Made by a program: the position numbers and the translations under genes
Notes under the pieces: model-generated
Seen by the model: only the letters and a program-made list of their open reading frames with translations
The model's database searches: none
Told to the model about the DNA's origin: nothing
In this document: piece by piece, positions 1-12,529 of the stretch
Position numbering within the stretch: position 1 is the first letter of the stretch
Layout: each line of letters starts with the position of its first letter
Assembly (NCBI GenBank): GCA_963751275.1
Contig: CAVVTZ010000008.1
Location: 1-64,000 of the forward strand
Length of the DNA stretch: 64,000 nucleotides
Reading direction: 5' to 3'
Origin: an uncultured Gemmatimonadaceae bacterium
Lineage (GTDB): Bacteria; Gemmatimonadota; Gemmatimonadetes; Gemmatimonadales; Gemmatimonadaceae

Positions 1-127
1 CCTCATCCCGGCCGCGGCGAGTCCCGCGTCCCGCGGCCCGCGCCCGAACAACCCTAGCCTCCCCTCTGTCGCGGAGCTAATTTCCCGCGTCCAAGCGCCT
101 GCCCCCGCCATGTGGTTTTGAGGTTGA

Positions 128-1586
128 ATGAGCCCTGAGCCGTCCTCCGAGTTCGTGAAGGCCATGTCGCTCACCGATGCGACGATGCTCGTGGCCGGCT
201 CCATGATCGGATCGGGGATCTTCATCGTCTCGGCGGACATCGCGCGGTCGCTCGGCTCCCCCCTTCTCCTGTTGTGCGTGTGGGGGCTCTCGTGCCTCAT
301 GACCCTGCTCGGCGCGCTCGCCTACGGCGAGATGGCGGCGATGTATCCTCGAGCGGGCGGGCAATACGTCTTCCTGCGCGAATCAATGGGTCCACTCTTG
401 GGTTTCCTCTACGGGTGGACCCTTTTTACGATCATCCAGACGGGCACGATCGCCGCGGTGGCCGTGGCGTTCGCGCGCTTCCTGGGCGTGCTCTGGCCGG
501 CGATCACGCCGGACCTGTACCTGTGGTTCCCGCACGCCGAGGCGAGCATTCCCGGCGGTACGATCACCTTCGGACTCACCGCGCAGCGCGTGGTGGCGAT
601 CGTGAGCGTGTGGCTGCTCACGTGGGTCAATCTGCGCGGCGTGCGCGAAGGGAAGCTGGTGCAGACGTCGTTCACGCTGGTGAAGACCGCCGCGCTCGCG
701 CTGCTGCGTGATCCTTGGGATCGCGGTGGGGCGCAACGCGACCGCGGTGGCGGCGAACTTCAGCGCCGGCCATTTCGCGGTGCATGGCGACTGGACGGGC
801 GCCTTCGTCGTGGTGTTCGGCGCCGCAATGGTCGGCGCGCTCTTCTCGAGTGACGCGTGGAACAACGTCACGTTCGCCGCCGCCGAGGTGAAGGACGCGG
901 CGCGCAACTTGCCCAAGGCGCTCGCGATGGGCACGCTGCTCGTGGCGGTGCTGTACGTGCTCGCCAACGTCTCATACCTGAGCGTCCTCCCGCTGCACGG
1001 CGCGAAGGACGGCGCCGATGTGATGGCGCGGGGCATCCAATGGGCCTCGCAGGACCGCGTGGGCACCGCCGCCGCCGAGGTGATCTTCGGCGCGAGCGGC
1101 GTGACTGTCATGGCCGTCGCGATCCTGATCTCGACGTTCGGCGCGAACAACGGCCTCATCCTGTCGGGCAGCCGCGTGTACTACGCGATGGCGCGCGACG
1201 GGTTGTTCTTCAAGCAGGCCGGCCTGCTCAGCGCGCGGAGGGTGCCGGCGGTGGCGCTCGTTGCGCAGGCGGTGTGGACTTCGCTGCTGTGCCTGAGCGG
1301 CACCTACAGCCAGCTGCTCGACTACGTGATCTTCGCCGCGCTGCTGTTCTACGTGCTCACGACGATCGGGCTGTTCATCCTCCGGTCGAAGCAGCCGGAC
1401 GTCCCGCGCCCGTACAAGGCCATCGGCTATCCGTTTCTCCCCGCGCTCTACATCGTTCTCGCGAGCACGGTGTGCATCACGCTGCTGATCGCCGAGACGA
1501 AGCGTTTGCAAGCGCTCCTGGGATTGATGCTGGTCCTGATCGGTATTCCCGTGTATTACGCCTGGCGCAGAGCCGAGGCAGTGTAG
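128..1586 (+). CDS. APC-family amino acid permease (one frameshift near 705, probably a sequencing error)
   Basis: ORF 128..853 (GSMIGSGIF, YGEMAAMYPRAGGQY) and ORF 708..1586 (DAWNNVTF, SRVYYAMARDG, RPYKAIGYP) are the two halves of one APC permease; GAGG RBS upstream. Confidence 0.9.
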
Positions 1587-1600
1587 TGCAGTCGCAGTAG

Positions 1601-1624
1601 CGAGTCCCGAGTCCCGAGTCCCGA
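1601..1624. repeat. Heptamer tandem repeat (CGAGTCC)x3; degenerate copy at 18-48
   Basis: cgagtcc cgagtcc cgagtcc cga read directly; 18-48 reads cgagtcc cgcgtcc cgcggcc cgcgccc; both runs end in CCGAAC. Confidence 0.8.
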
Positions 1625-1657
1625 ACGTGAACACCCTTTATCCCAACTGCTGACCTC

Positions 1658-4079
<2,422 letters not shown>

Positions 4080-4094
4080 TCGGAGCATCGTTGT

Positions 4095-4130
4095 GGCCGG
4101 GCGGTCCTTCGGGGCCGCCCGGTCTTCTTT
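4095..4130 (+). terminator. Intrinsic terminator after hppA
   Basis: ggccgggcggtcc-ttcg-gggccgcccggtc hairpin followed by a T-rich tract. Confidence 0.75.
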
Positions 4131-4157
4131 CATTTCCTTTTCCGGTCCCGGTGGAGC

Positions 4158-5809
4158 ATGAGCTCAATCGTCACGAGGCTCTTCTCGCGCAAGCCGATCG
4201 CCGCGCTGATGGCGGAGGCCGACAATCCGAACGGCCTGAAGCGCGCGCTCGGCGCCGGCGACCTGATCATGCTCGCGATCGGCGCGGTGATCGGCGCCGG
4301 GATCTTCGGCGCGATCGGCACGGCGGCGGCGGGCGCAGATCGGGCCCGAACGGCGAGGTGCATCCGCTCCGGCGCCGGTCCGGCGCTCGTGCTCTCGTTC
4401 CTGCTGCTCGGCGGCGCGTGCGCGCTCGCGGCGCTCTGCTACGCGGAACTCGCCGCGATGATCCCGCAGGCCGGCAGCGCCTACGCGTACTCGTACGCCA
4501 CGCTCGGCGAGATCGTCGCGTGGATCATCGGCTGGGACCTGATCCTCGAGTACGCGGTCGGCAACGTCGCCGTCGCGATCTCGTGGGGCGATTACTTCAA
4601 GACGCTGCTCCAGCGGGTTCGGCTCGCAGCTGCCCGCACTGGCTGACGCACCGGCTACCGGACCGCGCTGCTCAGCTCCGATCCCGCCGTCCACGGGCTG
4701 CTGCAGACGGCGCCGCACATCGCCGGCATCCCGATCCTGATCAACGTGCCGGCGTTCGCGATCGTGATGCTGATCACCTGGCTGCTGCTGCGCGGCGCGC
4801 GCGAGAGCGCGACGCGCGAACAACATCATGGTGGCCATCAAGCTGGTGGTGCTCGCGCTGTTCGTCGGCGGTGGGCGTCATGCACATCAAGGCCGGCGAA
4901 CTACCATCCCGTTCGCGCCGAACGGCTTCACGGGCATCCACCAGGGCGCGGCGATCGTCTTCTTCGCCTACATCGGCTTCGACGCGATCTCGACGGCGGC
5001 CGAGGAGACGAAGGACCCGCAGCGCAACCTGCCGATCGGCATCCTGGGCGGCCTCGCGATCTGCACGGTGATCTACGTGGTCGTCGGGTGCGTGCTCACC
5101 GGCATGGTGCCGTACAGCCAGCTCGCGGTGGCCGATCCGCTGGCGCGCGCGCTGCAGCTCGCCGGGCATGAACGACGGTCGGGCTGGATCGTGGCGCTCG
5201 GCGCCGTGGTCTCGATGACGGCGGTGCTGCTGGTGTTCCAGTACGGCCAGCCGCGCATCTTCTTCGCGATGGCGCGCGACGGCCTGCTCCCGCAGTGGGC
5301 GGCGAAGGTGCATCCGGCAAGTACCGGACGCCGTACATCACGACGATCCTCACCGGCGTCTTCGTGGCCGCTGGTCGCTGATCGGCGACGCCGGCGAGAC
5401 CTACGACCTGACGAACATCGGCACGCTGTTCGCCTTCGTGCTCGTCTGCACCGGCGTGCTCGTGCTGCGCTACACGGAGCCGGAGCGGCCGCGCCCCTTC
5501 CGGATCGGCGGCGGATGGGTAGGCGTGTTCCTCGTGACCGTCTGTGGCGCGGCCGCATGCCTTTACGTGATGAAGGGCCTCCCGGGCGTCACCTGGGCGC
5601 GCTTCACGTATTGGCTGTACTGGGGCCTCGTGATCTATCTGGAGTACGGATTCACGAACTCAACGCTTCGAGGCGCTTCCCGTGCACCCAGCACACGGCC
5701 AAGGTGGCAGCGGGTGACGTTGCTGCTGATTCGATTGGTGGCCTACGTCCTCCTATTCGTCTTGCTCTTCCGTCTTGTGAGCCCGCTGTTCTCCGCTAGT
5801 CCGTCGTGA
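4158..5809 (+). CDS. APC-family (cationic amino acid transporter-like) permease, several frameshifts
   Basis: GAVIGAGIF, CYAELAAMIPQAGSAYAY, FFAYIGFDAIST and QPRIFFAMARDGLLP spread over ORFs 4158..4646, 4746.., 4828..5799 and 5438..5809. Confidence 0.85.
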
Positions 5810-7089
5810 ATTTTCTCCGCCGCCTCTCCCTGACCCAGTGGATCGTCATCGCGATGATCCTCGGCACGCTGATCGGCGTCATGTACCCCGACGCCGGCGC
5901 CGCCGCGAACTCGTTCACCGCCACGTCGCTCAAGCCGCTGAGCACTGTGTTCCTGCGGATGATCAAGCTGCTGATCGTGCCGCTGATCTTCAGCACGCTC
6001 GTGGTGGGCATCGCCGGCCACGGCGACGACATGAAGCGCGTGGGCCGGCTCGCGCTGCGTTCGATCATCTACTTCGAGGTCGTGACGACGCTGGCGCTCG
6101 CGGTGGGCTTGATCGCGGTGAATTGGGTGAAGCCGGGTGTCGGCGTGAACATCACGGCGGCTTCCGACGCACCGGGCAAGGAGCTCGCATCGCACCCCGT
6201 CACGATGGCGAACGTACTGGAGCACATCGTGCCGCAGAGCTTCGCCGAGGCGGCGGCGAACAATGAGGTGCTGCAGATCGTCTTCTTCGCCGTGCTCTTC
6301 GGCGTCGCGCTCGCGAAGGTTCCTGGGACCAGCAAGCAGACGATGCTCCGGTTCTGCGAGTCGCTCTCCGAGATCATGTTCAAGTTCACCAATCTCGTGA
6401 TGGCGTTCGCGCCGATCGGCATCGGCGCGGCCATCGCTGTGACGGTGGGAAAGAGCGGGATCGGCGTGTTCAAGTACCTCGGCCTGCTCGTGCTCACCCT
6501 CTACGGCGCGCTCGCGGTATTCATCCTCTTCGTGCTCGTGCCGGTCGCGCTGATCGCGAAGGTGCCGCTCAAGCGGTTCGTGAAGGCGGTGAAGGAGCCG
6601 GCGCTCATCGCATTCTCCACGGCGAGCTCAGAGGCGGCTTTGCCGCGCGCGATGGAGATCATGGAGGAATTCGGCGTGCCGCGGCGGATCGTGGCGTTCG
6701 TGATGCCCACCGGCTACTCGTTCAATCTCGATGGGAGCACACTGTATCTCGCCGTCGCCTCGGTGTTCGTGGCGCAGGCCGCCGGCATCGACATGTCGCT
6801 GAGCAATCAGCTGATCATGATGCTCACGCTCATGCTCACGTCAAAGGGTGTCGCCGCGGTGCCGCGCGCCTCACTCGTGATCCTCTCCGGCGCGCTCGCG
6901 ACCTTCGGACTGCCGCTGCAGGGCGTCGCCGTGATCCTCGGCGTGGACGCGATCATGGACATGGCGCGGACCTCGATCAACCTCGTCGGAAATTGCCTCG
7001 CGACGGTGGTGATGGCGAAATGGGAGGGGGAATTCCAGCATACCACGCCGGCGCTGGAACGGGAACTGGCGGTGGAAGGGAAGCGCTAG
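5806..7089 (+). CDS. Dicarboxylate/amino acid:cation symporter (GltP/DAACS family)
   Basis: AFSTASSEAALP, PTGYSFNLDG, TSKGVAAVP and DMARTSIN motifs; intact 427 aa. Confidence 0.93.
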   Translation: MNFLRRLSLTQWIVIAMILGTLIGVMYPDAGAAANSFTATSLKPLSTVFLRMIKLLIVPLIFSTLVVGIAGHGDDMKRVGRLALRSIIYFEVVTTLALAVGLIAVNWVKPGVGVNITAASDAPGKELASHPVTMANVLEHIVPQSFAEAAANNEVLQIVFFAVLFGVALAKVPGTSKQTMLRFCESLSEIMFKFTNLVMAFAPIGIGAAIAVTVGKSGIGVFKYLGLLVLTLYGALAVFILFVLVPVALIAKVPLKRFVKAVKEPALIAFSTASSEAALPRAMEIMEEFGVPRRIVAFVMPTGYSFNLDGSTLYLAVASVFVAQAAGIDMSLSNQLIMMLTLMLTSKGVAAVPRASLVILSGALATFGLPLQGVAVILGVDAIMDMARTSINLVGNCLATVVMAKWEGEFQHTTPALERELAVEGKR

Positions 7090-7117
7090 CCCGACCGCGA
7101 ACCCCGAAGGGCGTTGC

Positions 7118-7241
7118 TGGTCCCCCAAACTCCGTTGTTAGCAGCTGAGGTGTAGTCACGGCTAGGGCGTACTTGGCAAATACCAAGTACGCCCTAGCCG
7201 TGACTACACCTCAGCTGCTAACAACGGAGTTTGGGGGACCA
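7118..7241. repeat. Perfect 59-bp inverted repeat with 6-nt loop (long-hairpin family, copy A)
   Basis: 7118-7176 is the exact reverse complement of 7183-7241; loop caaata; lies between convergent genes. Confidence 0.95.
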
Positions 7242-7266
7242 AATACGTGGTTCGGGTCTCGCCGTT

Positions 7267-8197
7267 CTAGCTATGGACCCCGAGGTGCCTGAGTGCGCCT
7301 CGCACTGCTCCTCGCACCGCGATCACTTCCCCCGCATGCAGCTGAACCCCCGGCACCGCACTCTTCAGCCGCCGCTCCAGCCGTCTTGCGCAGCGGTCGC
7401 CCCGGCCCGATGAGCCCACCCGCGAGCGCCACCGGGCACGCTGCCCGCTCATCGCCGAACAACGACCGCGCGAGCGCGCGCACGTGCAGCACCAGCTCCT
7501 CGATCCCCAGCGTCACCAGCGCGTTCGCGCGCATGTCGCCCGTATCCGCGACGCGCGCCACCACCGGCGCGAGCGTCGCGATCTGCGCGAGACTCGCGTT
7601 CGCCGCCCACGCGATCAACTGTTCCGCGTCGTTCACCTCGCACGCGGTGAGCACCGCGCCGAGCAGCGCCGTCTCCGGCTCGCGGCCATCCACCGATCCG
7701 GTCACCACCGACAACGCGCGCCGGCCGATCCATGCGCCGCTGCCTTCGTCGCCGCACACCGGACCCCATCCGCCCGCACGCGCCGTCACCCCCGTCGGCC
7801 CGCGGCCGTACGCCATCGAGCCCGTGCCCGCGAGCAGGAGTATCCCCGCGCCATCGCCGAACGCATCATCGAACGCCGTCTCGGCGTCGGTGTGCACCAC
7901 CACATCCTCCGCCACCTCACGCGCGCTCAGCGCCTCCCAGAGTGCGAGCCGCTCCGAGTCGCGTCCGGCTCCCGCCGCGCCCACGCACAGCACGCGCGGC
8001 ACCACATTCCCCATGTCGCACGACGCCAGCGCATCACGCAGACAATCCACGATCGCGTCCGCCGCGCGGTCCGCCTCGCCCGGGCGCATCGCCCCCGCCG
8101 CGCCCTCGGCGCTGCCGAGCGGCTCGCCGCTGTCATCCGTCACGCGCACCCGCGTGTGACTCCCTCCTGCGTCCACTCCGGCGACGATCTGCGTCAT
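7267..8197 (-). CDS. BadF/BadG/BcrA/BcrD-family N-acetylamino-sugar (GlcNAc/MurNAc) kinase; C-terminal frameshift near 7385
   Basis: MTQIVAGVDAGGSHT, AGTGS and RAGGWGPVCGDEGSG motifs; likely true C-terminus (RLERRLKSAVPG...LGVHS) is in ORF 7267..7452. Confidence 0.85.
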
Positions 8198-9741
8198 CTG
8201 GCTCCGGGCGCCGCCGGCGGCGGCGCCGAATGTGTGAAGGAAACGAGCACGCCCGTTGCGAGCGTGATCGACGTCCCAATGAGAACGTACCAAGGCCATG
8301 CGATCCGCGACACCGGCGCCAGGGCACCGGCCCACGCCGGCACCGCGAGCGCGAGCGGCTTCGCGAAGACGATCGCCGCCATGGCCGCGATGCCGGTGCT
8401 CATGCCGATGATCGCATCGCGCTGCCGCGCGCGCGACCACAAGATACCCAGAAAGAAGCCGCCGAGCAGGCCGCCGTACGTGAACGACGCGATGCCGAGC
8501 GCGACCACGACGGCCGGCGTCCCCTGTTCGCGGAAGAGCAGGGCGCCGAGCGTGAGCGCGGTGCCCCAAACGAGAGCGAAGATCTTGCCCATGCGGAGCG
8601 CGCGCGGATCGCCCGGTGCGCGGCCGGTGAGCGGGAGATAGATGTCGTAGGTGGTGGCCGTCGCGAGGGAATTGATCGCGCCGGCGTGCGTGCTCATGGT
8701 GGCGGCGACGATCGCGGCGACGACGAGACCGAGCAACCCCACCGGCATTTGCTCCACGATGAACGTGGGGAATACCGAATCGGGCGAGGCGAACGAGCGC
8801 GCTTGCATCACGGCCCAGAGCCCGATGCCGATCATCAGGAAGAGGGTGAATTGAAAGAACACGGCGATGCCGCTGCCCACGAGGGCGCGCTGCGCGTCGC
8901 GCAGTGACCGCGCCGTCAGGAGGCGCTGCACGATGAGCTGGTCCGCGCCGTGTGACGCCATGGCGAGGAACGCGCCGCCGATCAGCCCGGCCATCAACGT
9001 TTGCGGGCGGTCGAAGCCGGTGTACAGATCGATCACGCGAAGTTTTCCGGCCGCCGATGCGTCATGGAGGATCGAACTCCATCCGCCGGGCGCGAGATGC
9101 CCGATGAGCACGATCGCCGCGGTGCCGCCCAGGATGTACACGCCGGCCTGCAGCAGTTCGGTCCAGACCACGGCGCGCATGCCGCCGCGCCAGGTGTACA
9201 GCACCGTGAGCGCACCGAGCACGAGGATCGCGGCCACCATCGAGAAGCGTTCGCCGGCGATACCGCCGCCGGTGAACGCTGGTCCTATGATGAGCGCCAC
9301 CGGGATCGCCGTCGCGAACACGCGCACCGAGTCCGCCATCGCGCGCGTGACCATGAACACGATGGACGTGAAGCGCCGCGTGGCCACGCCGAAGCGTGTC
9401 TCGAGCAGCGTGTACGCGGTGACGAGCTCGCCCTGGTAGTACCGGGGCAGCAGCGTGCGCGCCACCACGATGCGTCCGAGGATGTACCCGGCGGCGATCT
9501 GGAGGAATCCGAGATCGCCGATGTACGCGAGCCCCGGAATGGAGATGAACGTGAGCGCGCTCGTCTCGGTGGCGACCACGGAGAACATCACCGCCCACCA
9601 GGGAATGCGGTGTCCCGCCACGAAGTAGTCGCTGGCGTTCTCCTGGCGGCGGCCCAGGCGCAGGCCGAGCAGCGTCACGCCGGCGAGATACGCGATGACG
9701 ACGGCGAGATCGATCCACCCGAACCGGCTCGCGGCGTTCAT
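8194..9741 (-). CDS. Sodium:solute symporter (SSS/SLC5 family)
   Basis: DYFVAG, SVVATETSALTFISIPG, GGMRAVVWT and HGADQLIVQRLL motifs; stop overlaps the kinase start. Confidence 0.92.
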   Translation of the reverse strand: MNAASRFGWIDLAVVIAYLAGVTLLGLRLGRRQENASDYFVAGHRIPWWAVMFSVVATETSALTFISIPGLAYIGDLGFLQIAAGYILGRIVVARTLLPRYYQGELVTAYTLLETRFGVATRRFTSIVFMVTRAMADSVRVFATAIPVALIIGPAFTGGGIAGERFSMVAAILVLGALTVLYTWRGGMRAVVWTELLQAGVYILGGTAAIVLIGHLAPGGWSSILHDASAAGKLRVIDLYTGFDRPQTLMAGLIGGAFLAMASHGADQLIVQRLLTARSLRDAQRALVGSGIAVFFQFTLFLMIGIGLWAVMQARSFASPDSVFPTFIVEQMPVGLLGLVVAAIVAATMSTHAGAINSLATATTYDIYLPLTGRAPGDPRALRMGKIFALVWGTALTLGALLFREQGTPAVVVALGIASFTYGGLLGGFFLGILWSRARQRDAIIGMSTGIAAMAAIVFAKPLALAVPAWAGALAPVSRIAWPWYVLIGTSITLATGVLVSFTHSAPPPAAPGAR

Positions 9742-9758
9742 CGCGACCCGCGGATGTG

Positions 9759-9793
9759 AAAAGGCCCGCGACCGACAGAGCGGTCGCGGGCCT
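9759..9793 (-). terminator. Intrinsic terminator downstream of the Fe-S carrier gene
   Basis: Minus strand aggcccgcgaccg-ctctgt-cggtcgcgggcct hairpin followed by a short T run. Confidence 0.65.
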
Positions 9794-9817
9794 CGCGCGC
9801 TTCAGCGCCGCCCAAGC

Positions 9818-10174
9818 TTACGCGGTGAACGAGCTGCCGCAGCCGCAGCCGCCGGTGGAATTCGGATTCTTGAAGGTGAATCCGGATCCCTGCATCGACG
9901 TCACGTAGTCGATCGTGACACCGTTCAGGTACTGTGCGGAGAAGGGATCGACGAAGACCTTCACCCCTTCCTGGTCGACGACGATGTCGTCTTCCGCGGC
10001 CTTCTCCTCGATGAGCAGGCCGTACTTGAACCCGCTGCATCCGCCGGGCTGCACGCTGACGCGCAGGCCGCCGATGGCGTCGGTCACGCCTTCCTGCTCC
10101 ATGAACTTCTTCACCTCGACGCCCGCGGCGGAGGTGAGAGTGACGACGATGGTGGGTTCCTGGGTGGTGCTCAT
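9818..10174 (-). CDS. A-type Fe-S cluster carrier (IscA/ErpA/HesB family)
   Basis: LRVSVQPGGCSG and NPNSTGGCGCGSSF; start assigned to MSTTQEP. Confidence 0.93.
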   Translation of the reverse strand: MSTTQEPTIVVTLTSAAGVEVKKFMEQEGVTDAIGGLRVSVQPGGCSGFKYGLLIEEKAAEDDIVVDQEGVKVFVDPFSAQYLNGVTIDYVTSMQGSGFTFKNPNSTGGCGCGSSFTA

Positions 10175-10213
10175 GATGCTGGCCTCGTTATAGAGGGGTT
10201 GTGTCTGGTTTCT

Positions 10214-10242
10214 AATATAGTGACGAGTCAACGCTGATTCAA
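10214..10242 (-). promoter_or_regulatory. Sigma70-type promoter for the Fe-S carrier gene
   Basis: Minus strand TTGAAT-17 nt-TATATT, about 40 nt upstream of the ATG. Confidence 0.55.
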
Positions 10243-10287
10243 GAACGGCTGGGGCCCCCGGGTAGTTCCCGAAACCGGAGGTGTCGT

Positions 10288-10381
10288 ATCCCGTTCATCC
10301 TGTTAATCCCGTAATCCTGTCAAAGCCGTGTTCTTCAGAACTGCTTTGACAGGATTACGGGATTAACGGGATGAACAGGAT
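10288..10381. repeat. 39-bp imperfect inverted repeat built from ATCCYGTT-type subunits
   Basis: atcccgttcatcctgttaatcccgtaatcctgtcaaagc ... gctttgacaggattacgggattaacgggatgaacaggat; 2 mismatches. Confidence 0.9.
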
Positions 10382-10456
10382 GAATGCCATTGTGACTGCA
10401 ACAACACCCATCCAGCCTCATCCGGTGTATAATCCGATCACTCCAATCCCGACCCC

Positions 10457-11806
10457 ATGACCCGCTTGCAGAATCGCACCGTGCTCGCCGCCTTCGCCGG
10501 GATCGCCGGCGTCATCGCTCTCGCCTGCGCGAGCACACCGCGGGAGGACCCCGAGCCGGAGACGCAGGGGGGCCTCCAAATGACGATGGCGCAGCGCAAG
10601 GCCGCCATGAAGACGCTGCCCGGCATCACCGTGCTCCTCCGCGACAGCCTCGAACTGCTCGCGGGGAAGAAGGTCGGCCTGCTCACGAATCAGACGGGGA
10701 TCGATGAGAACCGGGTGAGCGATGCCGACCTCCTCGTCGCCGCCGCCAAGAGCGGCAAGGCGCCGGGCATGCAGCTCGTGATGCTCTTCTCCCCCGAACA
10801 TGGGATCCGCGGCACCGAGGACCACATGAACGTCGCGGGCGGCGTGGATCAGTCCACCGGCCTCCCGATCATCTCGCTCTATGGCAATAACGTGCTGCCG
10901 CCGCCCGACAGCGCGCTCGACAAGATCGATGCGCTCGTGATCGACCTGCAGGATATCGGCGCGCGGCCCTGGACGTATCCCGCGAGCGTCGTGTACGCGA
11001 TGCGCGCCGCGGCGCAGCACCACGTGATGGTGCTCGTCCTCGACCGCCCGAACCCGATCAACGGCGCACAGGTCGAGGGGCCCGTGCTCGACAGCGCGCT
11101 GGCTTGGTCCGGCTCGCAGAGCCCCGAGCGTCCGGCGCAGCCCACGGCGATCTATCCGATCCCCCTGCGCCACGGCATGACGATGGGCGAGCTCGCAAAG
11201 CTCTACAACACCGAGATGCAGCTCGGCGCCGACCTGCACGTGATCCCGATGCAGAACTGGCGGCGGTCGCGCTGGTTCGACCGCACCGGCCTGCCCTGGG
11301 TGAATCCCTCGCCGAACATCACCTCGCTGGCCGCGGCCACTTTGTACCCGGGCCTCGTCATCCTGGAGCCCGCCAACGTCTCGGTAGGCCGCGGCACGCC
11401 CATCCCCTTCGAGTGGGTGGGGGCGCCGTGGATGAACGCGAAGAAGGTGAAGAACGTCCTCGACGACTTCACGCATCCCGGCGTGAAGTTCTCCGTGGAG
11501 ACCGAGACGCCGGTGAAGCCCACCGACGGCCGTTACAACGGCAAGAAGATGAAGGGCATCCGCATCACGGTCACCGACCGCAACGTGCTCCAGACCTCGC
11601 GCCTCGGCGCGTGGATCGCCTTCGCGATCTGGAAGACGCACCCCGATTCCTTCAAGGTGGACTCCGCGGGATTCGCGCGCACCTTCGGCGAACCGGTGCG
11701 CGACCAGCTGCTGAAGGGCATGGATCCCGACCAGATCATCGACTCTTCGCTCGCGGCCACGGTCGCGTGGCGCATCCGCACCAAGCGCTTCCTGATGTAT
11801 CCATAG
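10457..11806 (+). CDS. namZ: Exo-beta-N-acetylmuramidase NamZ (DUF1343/YbbC family), predicted lipoprotein
   Basis: VGLLTNQTG, LFSPEHGIRG, DLQDIGAR, VLDRPNP, PLRHGMTMGELA, PSPNI and VGRGT motifs; ALAC lipobox. Confidence 0.88.
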   Translation: MTRLQNRTVLAAFAGIAGVIALACASTPREDPEPETQGGLQMTMAQRKAAMKTLPGITVLLRDSLELLAGKKVGLLTNQTGIDENRVSDADLLVAAAKSGKAPGMQLVMLFSPEHGIRGTEDHMNVAGGVDQSTGLPIISLYGNNVLPPPDSALDKIDALVIDLQDIGARPWTYPASVVYAMRAAAQHHVMVLVLDRPNPINGAQVEGPVLDSALAWSGSQSPERPAQPTAIYPIPLRHGMTMGELAKLYNTEMQLGADLHVIPMQNWRRSRWFDRTGLPWVNPSPNITSLAAATLYPGLVILEPANVSVGRGTPIPFEWVGAPWMNAKKVKNVLDDFTHPGVKFSVETETPVKPTDGRYNGKKMKGIRITVTDRNVLQTSRLGAWIAFAIWKTHPDSFKVDSAGFARTFGEPVRDQLLKGMDPDQIIDSSLAATVAWRIRTKRFLMYP

Positions 11807-11884
11807 CGCGGAGGGCGTTGGGTTGCTCCGCGCATCGCGGCCGGATAAGTTAATCGGCCGGGCGGCGTACGCTCGGTACGCGCG

Positions 11885-12526
11885 ATGACATTCCTCCCGG
11901 GCTGGCTCCGTTCCGGTTATCTCCGGCTCATCGATCCAGTGGCGGACGGGTTGGTGCGGTCCGGCGTCGCGCCGAACACGATCACGACCGTGGGCACGCT
12001 CTGCGCCATGACGGCCGCCGGATTCTACGCGACGGGCCACATTCGCACGGGCGGCTGGGTGCTCGGCCTCACGGCGTTGTTCGATGTACTGGACGGCACG
12101 GTGGCGCGCCGCACGGGACGGAGCACGGCGTTCGGCGCGTTCTACGATTCGACGCTCGACCGGGTGGCCGACGGGTTCGTGCTCGGCAGCTTCGCGGTGT
12201 TCTGGGCCACGCGCCCGGGCGCGTGGGCGCTCGGCATGGTGGCGGTGAGCGTGCTCGGGCTGGTGGGCGCGTTCATGACGAGCTACACGCGGGCGCGCGC
12301 CGAGACGATCGGCGTGGACGCGAGCGTCGGGATGCTGCAGCGGCCGGAGCGGGTGGTGCTGTTGTCGGCGCCGCAGGCCTTCTTCGGCCTGGCGCTGGAT
12401 GGGTACGTGTTGAGTGCGATCCTGGTGTTGTTGACCGTTACCGCGTGGCTCACGGCCGCGCAGCGGATCGCCGCCGTGTACCGGGCGGCTGACCGCGGCG
12501 GCTCGGAACGCGCGAGAGGAGAATAG
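11885..12526 (+). CDS. CDP-alcohol phosphatidyltransferase, phosphatidylinositol-phosphate synthase-like
   Basis: PNTIT, DVLDGTVAR...FGAFYDSTLDRVAD, SYTRARAE and RPER motifs; directly upstream of ino1. Confidence 0.85.
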   Translation: MTFLPGWLRSGYLRLIDPVADGLVRSGVAPNTITTVGTLCAMTAAGFYATGHIRTGGWVLGLTALFDVLDGTVARRTGRSTAFGAFYDSTLDRVADGFVLGSFAVFWATRPGAWALGMVAVSVLGLVGAFMTSYTRARAETIGVDASVGMLQRPERVVLLSAPQAFFGLALDGYVLSAILVLLTVTAWLTAAQRIAAVYRAADRGGSERARGE

Positions 12527-12529
12527 AGA

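Noticed and set aside
9818..10174. HesB-like selenoprotein
   Set aside because: All three conserved positions are ordinary Cys codons; there is no in-frame UGA.
10214..10245. IscR/Rrf2 operator upstream of the Fe-S carrier gene
   Set aside because: No convincing match to known IscR motifs by eye; only the promoter-like spacing is supportable.
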